Assembly (NCBI GenBank): GCA_965372935.1
Contig: CBDVEF010000001.1
Coordinates: 1-29,558 of the forward strand
DNA from: an uncultured bacterium
Lineage (GTDB): Bacteria; Hydrothermota; 32-111; QNBC01
DNA length: 29,558 nt
Reading direction: 5' to 3'
The first letter of the stretch is position 1. Each line of letters opens with the position of its first letter. Below the pieces are notes generated by a model. The model saw nothing but the letters and a program-made list of their open reading frames with translations. It searched no databases and had not been told where the DNA came from. A program made the translations under genes and the position numbers. Below, in pieces: positions 1 to 7,264 of the stretch.

Positions 1-381
1 CCTCTTAAAATAGAGATAAAAAACAGACGAAAATATGAAATAATTTGCAATAAGTGGAATAATCGATTTTTAGGTGTCAGCAAAGCATATATTAGCAAAA
101 ACACATCTGTAATTATCGATAAGGATTCAATACCTCCTTATATCGATCAGATAATAATTGCAGATGATACAATATTTGTTAAAATCAAAGATAATAAATC
201 GGGTGTCAATTTTTCAACGATTTCCGCAGAATATGAAGGAATAAAACTGGTTCCATTTCCACATAAATATAAAGTAAAATTGATATCTCAATACAAATTA
301 CCTTCCAAAGGGATTTTCTATTTAAAATGTAAAGATAGAGCAGGCAATAAACTGCTTTACAAATCTTCAATTTATCGTTAA
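1..381 (+). CDS. 3' end of a gene truncated by the window edge; resembles the C-terminal Ig-like region of M23-family peptidases
   Basis: Frame 1 is open from base 1 to TAA at 379-381 (PLKIEIKNRRKY...DKDSIPPYIDQ...KIKDNKSGVN...CKDRAGNKLLYKSSIYR*). The D..PP.I / IKDNxSG / DRAGN pattern recalls C-termini of large M23 proteins. Not in the ORF track because the start is missing. Confidence 0.5.
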   Translation, partial: PLKIEIKNRRKYEIICNKWNNRFLGVSKAYISKNTSVIIDKDSIPPYIDQIIIADDTIFVKIKDNKSGVNFSTISAEYEGIKLVPFPHKYKVKLISQYKLPSKGIFYLKCKDRAGNKLLYKSSIYR

Positions 382-414
382 AATAGTTTCTAAAAGTAAA
401 GCATCGGAGGTAAT

Positions 415-2913
415 ATGAAAGAAATAGTGTATAATCCTGCTGAGATTGAGGAAAAATGGAGACGATGGTGGGATAAAAACAGGATTTATAAATTCGATAT
501 GGATAATAATAGACCAAAATTTTACAATTTATCGATGTTCAGTTATCCTTCGGGAGATAAATTACACATAGGACACTGGTATAACTATGGACCTGCAGAT
601 ACATTCGCTCGTTATAAACGATTAAAAGGGTTTAATGTTTTTGAACCGATGGGTTTTGATGCCTTTGGTCTCCCTGCGGAAAATTATGCTATAGAACACA
701 GCATACATCCTGCAAAAAGCACAAAAGCTAATATTACTTTTATGGAAAAACAGCTAAGGGAGATAGGGGCAATGTATGATTGGGAATATGAAATAGATAC
801 AAGCGATCCACTCTATTATAAATGGACACAATGGATCTTTTTAAAAATGTATGAACTTGGCCTTGCTTACCAAAAGGAAGCTCCGGTTAATTGGTGTCCT
901 GATTGTCAAACAGTTCTTGCTAATGAACAGGTGACTGCCCAGGGAGAGTGCGACCGTTGTGGAGCTAAAGTAATAAAGAGAAATCTTAAACAATGGTTTT
1001 TTAAAATCACAAAATATGCCGACAGGCTCCTTGAGGGACTTAATCGGGTTAATTGGCCTGAAAAGACAAAAATAATGCAAAGGAACTGGATTGGGAGAAG
1101 TGAAGGAGCCCTTGTAAAATTCCCTGTGGAAGGAAAAGATTTTAATCTTGAGGTTTTCACCACCAGACCTGATACACTATTTGGCGTTTCATATTGTGTT
1201 GTTGCCCCTGAACATAAAATTATAGATAAATTAACGACTAAGGAGCAAAAAGATGCCGTAAATAGTTACGTTGAAAAAACACTTATGGAGAATGAGATTG
1301 AAAGACAATCGACGGAACATGAAAAAACAGGTGTATTTACAGGTAGTTATGCAATAAACCCTGTCAATGACAAAAAAATTCCTATATGGATAGCTGATTA
1401 TGTAATTGCTCATTATGGGACAGGGATGGTAATGGCAGTCCCCGCTCATGATTCAAGGGATTTTATATTTGCAAAGAAGTTTGATTTACCAATAATCGTT
1501 GTAATTCAACCGAATAATGAAAAATTAGACCCTCTTTTAATGGAAAATGCTTATATAGAACCGGGCATAATGGTAAATTCGGGTAAATTTAACGATATGA
1601 AATCTGAAGAATTTAAGAAAATTATAGTTGATTATCTCGAAAAGAATGAATATGGAAAGCGATATGTTAATTATCGTTTAAGAGATTGGCTTATTTCAAG
1701 ACAACGGTATTGGGGAGCTCCAATTCCTGTTATACACTGCCCTGAGTGTGGGGTTGTCCCTGTAAGTGTAGGAGATATACCTGTAAAACTCCCCGATGTT
1801 GCCGATTTTAAACCAAAAGGTAAATCGCCCCTTGCATCTGTTCCTGAATTTATGAATGTCAAATGCCCAAAATGCGGATCAAATGCAATGAGAGATCCCG
1901 ACACGATGGATACATTTGTATGTTCTTCATGGTATTATTTAAGGCATCCTGATCCTAAAATCGAAACATATCCCTTTAATAAAAAGGCAGTAAATAAATT
2001 GCTTCCTGTAGATCAATATATCGGTGGAGCCGAACATGCTATAATGCATCTGTTGTATGCAAGGTTTGTTACAAAGGCACTTTTTGATGCAGGAGAAATA
2101 AACTTCGATGAACCTTTTACAAATCTTTTCCATCAGGGGACAATTACAAGAAATGGTGCAAAAATGTCAAAATCCAGGGGTAATGCCGTTAATCCTGATG
2201 AATTTGTCAGCAAATATGGCTCAGACACATTTAGGATGTATCTTATGTTTAGCGGAAGTTACGAAGAGGGTGGTGAGTGGGATGACAGTGGTATTAATGG
2301 TATCTTTAGATTTTTATCAAGGGTTTACAATTTTTATCATGAACATTACCCAAAAACCGGGACAACATATATTATAGATAAAAAACTTGAAAAAAGATTA
2401 CATTATACAATTAAAAGAGTAGGTAATGATATAGAAAGATTTAGCTTTAATACTGCAATAGCAAGAATGATGGAATTTATAAATGATGCAAAGGATTTTG
2501 TGAAGAAAAATATCATCACAAAAGGAACGGTTGATGAAGTTATGTTTAACAGTAAATCTGGTGAAAACAATCCTGCTTCTCTAAAAGAATCTCTGGACAA
2601 ATTCCTAATATTAATCGCTCCGTTTGCCCCCCATTTAGCAGAAGAATTATGGCATCTTACCGGTAGAAATGATTCTATATTTAATGAATTGTGGCCAGAT
2701 TATAATGAGGATATACTCAAAGAAGATGTTGTTACTATTGCAATCCAGATAAATGGGAAACTCAGAAGCACGGTTGAAATAGAAACAAATATTACAGAAG
2801 AAGATGTAAAAGATATCGTATTAAACAATGAAAAGATAAAATTATATATTGATAATAAAAAAATAAAAAAGTTTATATACATTAAAGGGAAAATAGTAAA
2901 TATCGTGATTTAA
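415..2913 (+). CDS. leuS: Leucine--tRNA ligase
   Basis: HIGH and KMSKS motifs, MGFDAFGLPAENYAI, CP1 editing domain (FTTRPDTLFG, GTGMVMAVPAHDSRD), WLISRQRYWG, Zn knuckles; SD GGAGGT just upstream. Confidence 0.98.
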   Translation: MKEIVYNPAEIEEKWRRWWDKNRIYKFDMDNNRPKFYNLSMFSYPSGDKLHIGHWYNYGPADTFARYKRLKGFNVFEPMGFDAFGLPAENYAIEHSIHPAKSTKANITFMEKQLREIGAMYDWEYEIDTSDPLYYKWTQWIFLKMYELGLAYQKEAPVNWCPDCQTVLANEQVTAQGECDRCGAKVIKRNLKQWFFKITKYADRLLEGLNRVNWPEKTKIMQRNWIGRSEGALVKFPVEGKDFNLEVFTTRPDTLFGVSYCVVAPEHKIIDKLTTKEQKDAVNSYVEKTLMENEIERQSTEHEKTGVFTGSYAINPVNDKKIPIWIADYVIAHYGTGMVMAVPAHDSRDFIFAKKFDLPIIVVIQPNNEKLDPLLMENAYIEPGIMVNSGKFNDMKSEEFKKIIVDYLEKNEYGKRYVNYRLRDWLISRQRYWGAPIPVIHCPECGVVPVSVGDIPVKLPDVADFKPKGKSPLASVPEFMNVKCPKCGSNAMRDPDTMDTFVCSSWYYLRHPDPKIETYPFNKKAVNKLLPVDQYIGGAEHAIMHLLYARFVTKALFDAGEINFDEPFTNLFHQGTITRNGAKMSKSRGNAVNPDEFVSKYGSDTFRMYLMFSGSYEEGGEWDDSGINGIFRFLSRVYNFYHEHYPKTGTTYIIDKKLEKRLHYTIKRVGNDIERFSFNTAIARMMEFINDAKDFVKKNIITKGTVDEVMFNSKSGENNPASLKESLDKFLILIAPFAPHLAEELWHLTGRNDSIFNELWPDYNEDILKEDVVTIAIQINGKLRSTVEIETNITEEDVKDIVLNNEKIKLYIDNKKIKKFIYIKGKIVNIVI

Positions 2914-4664
2914 AGGCAAGGTATTGAAACTGCGAATGTATTTAATCCGAATTTGTTACTTGTAATAATAAGTTTCCCATTATGAGCTCGGGCAATCGAA
3001 TCAACGATTGCAAGTCCGAGACCAACTCCCTTTAGACAATTTGACTTATTTAATTGAACAAACGGCTTTTTAATTTCCTCAATCTCATTTTGGGAAAGAT
3101 AAGCACCGCTGTTTCTAACTCCGAAAATCATCAAGTTATCTTTTTCATTGCTGAAAATTATAATTACACCTTCTTCAGGTGTATACTTAAATGCATTGTC
3201 AAGAAAATTATCAAGAACAATTCTTATCTTTTGTTTGTCAGCATATATCATATTATTATGAGAATTTATATCAATCCTAAAATCATAACCTCTTTCAATA
3301 GCAAGGATATTTCTATTTTCATATGCATCCAGCAATAATTGTTTCAAATTAAATCTTTCCATAACATAATAATCTTTGGCATTGTTTATTTTAACCATAG
3401 TCAATATATTTTGTATCATTTTTTCAAGACGCTTAATATTACTTTCAATAATTTTTAGTGATTTTTTTTGTTTTTCGTTTAATCCCCCGAGCTTTTCAAA
3501 AAGAAGATAAGATGTATATCCTTCAATCGAGGAAATAGGAGTCATTAAATCATGTGAGAAGTGATCCAATATTTTTTGCTGTTCTTCTCTTTCAGTTTCA
3601 AGTCTTTTGTTTATACGTTCAAGCGTTAAATTTAGATTTTTGAGATTCTTAACATTGCTAAGATCTGTAATACTTATCACTTTACCTATTTCAGATCTAT
3701 TTTTAAAAATAGATTTCATATCAATTCTTACTGTGGTTTTTGGATTATCTAACAAAACTTCTTTTATAAATTCAACATTTGTTCCAATAAGAGCACCTGT
3801 AATCTCTTTGATTTCAGAAGGATTTTTAATAATTCTATTTATAATCGTAATTATGTCCGAAGAACGATAAAGGTGCTCATCCTGAATACCCAAAATGCTT
3901 TTAAATGATTTATTACATGTAATAACCTCGTTATTAGCAGACAGTATAAGTATTCCTACATTCATATGATTGACAATATATTTAAGATCCATTATATTTT
4001 TTTCTGCCTCCTTTTTATTTGTTATTACATATAAGAATATAGATCCGGTTATTATAAAAGCTACTGATGTTAAATCTATTGTCAGTCTTGTAATACCTGT
4101 GATTCTAATAAAATTGAGTACAATCGGAATCACGACTGCAAAAACAAGAAACAAATTATTCCCATTTTTATTATACAGGAATCTTTTAATAATCAGAACT
4201 GCACCGAATAAGAGCAATATGTAAGCAACCACCATATTAAACCAGAAAAGGGGACCATACGCCTCTGCGGTTTTAAAATATATTGTTGAATATCTGCAAA
4301 AAAGGTGGTGAAAAGGGTTTGTTAAAATACCTAAATATACTATTACTGAAAGCATTATCGTAACCGGGATAATTTTATTGTGATATTTATTTAATTCCCT
4401 TGTATACATAAGACAAGATATTGCCACTGCCAATGCCTGTAAGTTAAAGAATATAAATTCAATCGACTTAATAATATAATGATTCTGAATAGGAACAAGA
4501 TAATACATAAGACCGAGAAAGGAGGTAAATGAAGCTGTAAGAAAGAGCAAAGAGAGGGGAATAAAGGCCTTTTGTATTCTAATGTGTATTAATGAATATA
4601 CAAATAAAGCAAAACTAATATATCCTGATATAATAAGAATCAAATAATAGAAATTAAGAATCAT
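2910..4664 (-). CDS. Sensor histidine kinase: N-terminal 7TM (HisKA_7TM-like) region, PAS-like domain, HisKA and HATPase
   Basis: About seven hydrophobic segments in the first 215 aa; PAS-like VNHMNVGILILSANNEVITCNKSF; H-box FSHDLMTPISSI; N-box NFLDNAFKYT; G2 GVGLGLAIV. Confidence 0.92.
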   Translation of the reverse strand: MILNFYYLILIISGYISFALFVYSLIHIRIQKAFIPLSLLFLTASFTSFLGLMYYLVPIQNHYIIKSIEFIFFNLQALAVAISCLMYTRELNKYHNKIIPVTIMLSVIVYLGILTNPFHHLFCRYSTIYFKTAEAYGPLFWFNMVVAYILLLFGAVLIIKRFLYNKNGNNLFLVFAVVIPIVLNFIRITGITRLTIDLTSVAFIITGSIFLYVITNKKEAEKNIMDLKYIVNHMNVGILILSANNEVITCNKSFKSILGIQDEHLYRSSDIITIINRIIKNPSEIKEITGALIGTNVEFIKEVLLDNPKTTVRIDMKSIFKNRSEIGKVISITDLSNVKNLKNLNLTLERINKRLETEREEQQKILDHFSHDLMTPISSIEGYTSYLLFEKLGGLNEKQKKSLKIIESNIKRLEKMIQNILTMVKINNAKDYYVMERFNLKQLLLDAYENRNILAIERGYDFRIDINSHNNMIYADKQKIRIVLDNFLDNAFKYTPEEGVIIIFSNEKDNLMIFGVRNSGAYLSQNEIEEIKKPFVQLNKSNCLKGVGLGLAIVDSIARAHNGKLIITSNKFGLNTFAVSIPCL

Positions 4665-4669
4665 ATTCT

Positions 4670-4699
4670 ATTGTATATTATTTATACAGTTTTTTTCAA
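4670..4699 (-). promoter_or_regulatory. Possible internal sigma70 promoter for the kinase, TTGAAA-N18-TACAAT, 5 nt before the ATG
   Basis: Read directly on the minus strand; no SD precedes the kinase ATG. Weak because AT-rich DNA yields such matches easily. Confidence 0.35.
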
Positions 4700-5140
4700 G
4701 GTGTAAATCAAATGTTTTGCAACAATGTATATTATAATGGAGATAATTGGAGCTACAATTAAACTGCCAACAAACATTACAATGTAGATTTTCCCAATTT
4801 CTGAATAGATAGTTCTGTTATAAAGTACCCACTTCCATGTTTTGTTAAGTATAAAATTACCCACAGCATAATCCAATGCAAAGATAAATGGAGCAAATAT
4901 AGGTATTGATAGCTGAGAACCAAGCAAAATAGAAACCTTGTTTATCTTGGTTCTGGAAAGCATGGCACTTACTCCAAGAGCTGTGAATGTTTGAAAGCCA
5001 TAGATCGGGATCACTGCAATAAGTGAACCAATAGCTATTCCTAATGCAATGGAGTGCGGTGATCTATGTTCTTTGAAAAGTCGTACAATAGTAGATTTAA
5101 AATAATTATACAGCTGTTTAGGATTAAATATAAATCTCAT
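4682..5140 (-). CDS. DUF2062-family membrane protein
   Basis: SPHSIALGIAIGSLIAVIPIYGFQT and downstream hydrophobic helices typical of DUF2062; TAATG overlap with the deoB stop. Confidence 0.85.
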   Translation of the reverse strand: MRFIFNPKQLYNYFKSTIVRLFKEHRSPHSIALGIAIGSLIAVIPIYGFQTFTALGVSAMLSRTKINKVSILLGSQLSIPIFAPFIFALDYAVGNFILNKTWKWVLYNRTIYSEIGKIYIVMFVGSLIVAPIISIIIYIVAKHLIYTLKKTV

Positions 5141-6312
5141 TAAAATAGATCTTTTAAGAATGATTCACCTGTCTTTAATGTTAAACTATGATAGTCTGCA
5201 ATGGTTGCTCCAATGTCAGCAAATGTATTTCTTATACCAAGATTTACATTTCTCCTACCTGCCAGGCAGTATGTCAGAAGAGGAACGAACTCCCTTGAAT
5301 GATCTGTACTCGGGGTTGTTGGGTCATTACCATGATCTGCTGTAATGAAAAGGATATCGTCTTTCTTTAGAATTTCCAAAATCCTTTTCACATATTTGTC
5401 AGCCAATTCAAGATTTTTTCTGTATCCTTCAATGTTATTCCTGTGTCCGTACTTTGTATCAAAATCTACAAGATTAATAAATGCAAGCCCTTCCCAATCA
5501 TTCCGTTCTATGATTTCAATAGTTCTTTTTAAACTGTCCTCGTCCCCTATTGTATGATAATCCTCTGTTAATCCATTTCCTGAAAACAAATTGCCAATCT
5601 TTCCTATTCCAATAACATCATAATTATTCTCTTTTAATATATCAAGAAGCGTCTTTTCAGGTGGTGCAACAGAAAAATCCTTTCTCTCATATGTTCTTGA
5701 GAAATTTCCCGGTGTGCCAATAAAAGGTCTTGCAATAACGCGAGCAATATTATAACCATCATCTAAAATTTTCCTAACTGTCAAACAATATTCATACAAT
5801 TTTTCAAGAGGTACCACATTTTTGTGACAGGCAATTTGAAAAACGGAATCATCGGAAGTGTATATTATTGGGAAGCCTGTTTTCATATGTTTTAATCCCA
5901 ATTGTTCTATTATAACTGTTCCTGAAGAAGCTCTGTTTCCCAATATTTCTTTTACACCCGTTTCACTTTTAAATTTTTTTATAATCTCATTTGGGAAACC
6001 GTCAGGATATGTATTAAACCCCTTTTCAAGTATTATACCAGCTATTTCCCAGTGTCCGGTGACACTATCCTTGCCATTAGATTTTTCTCTCATTTTACCA
6101 AAGCCACCTAAGGTTGTTAAATTACTTTTTACACCTTTGATCCTAATAATTTTACCAAGTCCTAATAATTCGATAACGGGAATATTGAGCCCATGACTAT
6201 ATTCAATTGTATGTTTTAGTGTATTACTTCCTTTATCCCCAAATTTATAACTATCTTCTTGTTCCCCTATACCAGCTCCATCGTATATAAGTATAAAACT
6301 TCTCTTTTTCAT
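5140..6312 (-). CDS. deoB: Phosphopentomutase
   Basis: ILIYDGAGIG, GKDSVTGHWEIAG, YTSDDSVFQIACH, RVIARPF, NLVDFDTKYGHRNN, TADHGNDPT, TDHSREFVP. Confidence 0.95.
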   Translation of the reverse strand: MKKRSFILIYDGAGIGEQEDSYKFGDKGSNTLKHTIEYSHGLNIPVIELLGLGKIIRIKGVKSNLTTLGGFGKMREKSNGKDSVTGHWEIAGIILEKGFNTYPDGFPNEIIKKFKSETGVKEILGNRASSGTVIIEQLGLKHMKTGFPIIYTSDDSVFQIACHKNVVPLEKLYEYCLTVRKILDDGYNIARVIARPFIGTPGNFSRTYERKDFSVAPPEKTLLDILKENNYDVIGIGKIGNLFSGNGLTEDYHTIGDEDSLKRTIEIIERNDWEGLAFINLVDFDTKYGHRNNIEGYRKNLELADKYVKRILEILKKDDILFITADHGNDPTTPSTDHSREFVPLLTYCLAGRRNVNLGIRNTFADIGATIADYHSLTLKTGESFLKDLF

Positions 6313-7127
6313 AAATCATCTCCAAATTTATCAAAATATATCGAATATATCGGGACATTTAATACCTTTGCAAGAATAGCACATTTAACTATGAAAAGAA
6401 AAATAACATTATTTTTCTTGTGATATAATTCGAAATTCGCCTGTCCTTTTGAAATAACGAGATCATAACTATCAACGATTTCTATATCTTCCAAACCAAT
6501 TGGTATTATATTGTCATTATTAAAACCTAATTTCATTGCATCTTCAGCTGTAATATCATTAATAATAGGAAATTTGCGAACACCGAGATAAACGGATTTG
6601 CCCATTTTTTTAAAAATATTAATAAGTATTTTGTCAAAGACTATTTCTCCTGCATTATCAGCTATGAAAAGAATATTATTTGCTTTGTTTAATTCTTTTT
6701 TAAATAAATCTAAATACTTTTTTTCAAAAGTAATATTATTACACATTTCAAGAACTTTCGATATATCAATGGTTGGAAATATCCCAAGGTCAATCCTATT
6801 GCCACATATTGAATATTTAATCGCTTCTATTAATCTATCTTCAGCATTGTATACCTTTTCCTCAATTTCACTGTAAATATTTAAAATTTTATTATTGTGA
6901 TCGTTTTTATCCTCCAGATATGGATCATTATTACCAACGCTCTCTTTGATTATGTTATTTATAATAATGGCAAGTTCAAATGGAGAGATGTTTATATCAA
7001 TATCATTGACGGCATATATCATCTTTCTTATTATTTCCCACTGTTTTTCACTATTGTCCGTAACTTTTCTTATAGTTCTAATTCCTTGATTTAAAATACA
7101 GGGGATACATTCCATATAAATTCTCAT
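6309..7127 (-). CDS. DUF89/ARMT1-like damage-control phosphatase
   Basis: N-terminal ECIPC, GNRID, ADNAGEIVFD, PIINDIT, SKGQANFE; ATGA overlap with deoB. Confidence 0.9.
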   Translation of the reverse strand: MRIYMECIPCILNQGIRTIRKVTDNSEKQWEIIRKMIYAVNDIDINISPFELAIIINNIIKESVGNNDPYLEDKNDHNNKILNIYSEIEEKVYNAEDRLIEAIKYSICGNRIDLGIFPTIDISKVLEMCNNITFEKKYLDLFKKELNKANNILFIADNAGEIVFDKILINIFKKMGKSVYLGVRKFPIINDITAEDAMKLGFNNDNIIPIGLEDIEIVDSYDLVISKGQANFELYHKKNNVIFLFIVKCAILAKVLNVPIYSIYFDKFGDDL

Positions 7128-7133
7128 ATTGAC

Positions 7134-7161
7134 ATTATATGCAGAAATCGGGAAATGTCAA
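7134..7161 (-). promoter_or_regulatory. sigma70 promoter TTGACA-N16-TATAAT for the DUF89-deoB operon
   Basis: Perfect hexamers on the minus strand (-35 at 7156-7161, -10 at 7134-7139); the ATG follows after 6 nt. Confidence 0.8.
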
Positions 7162-7211
7162 AAGCCTATGAGCACAATTGTCGAAGACATTTTTATGATT
7201 TAATTTTTCTA

Positions 7212-7240
7212 TTGCTTGATTCCGAATTATATTGTATAAT
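7212..7240 (+). promoter_or_regulatory. sigma70 promoter TTGCTT-N17-TATAAT for the GT4-GH130 operon
   Basis: -35 at 7212-7217, -10 at 7235-7240. It overlaps the ORF-track TTG at 7232, so the true start is probably the ATG at 7265. Confidence 0.7.
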
Positions 7241-7264
7241 AGCGTAATAAAGAATATTAGGATT

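Noticed and set aside
206-517. 103-aa minus-strand ORF and the other short antisense ORFs in the track
   Set aside because: They overlap well-supported genes on the opposite strand or frame and show no recognisable motifs.
4715-4742. dif-like core AATGTATATTAT, noted because xerD is in the window
   Set aside because: Only the centre matches; the XerD arm (TTATGTTAAAT) and XerC arm do not, and it lies within the DUF2062 CDS.
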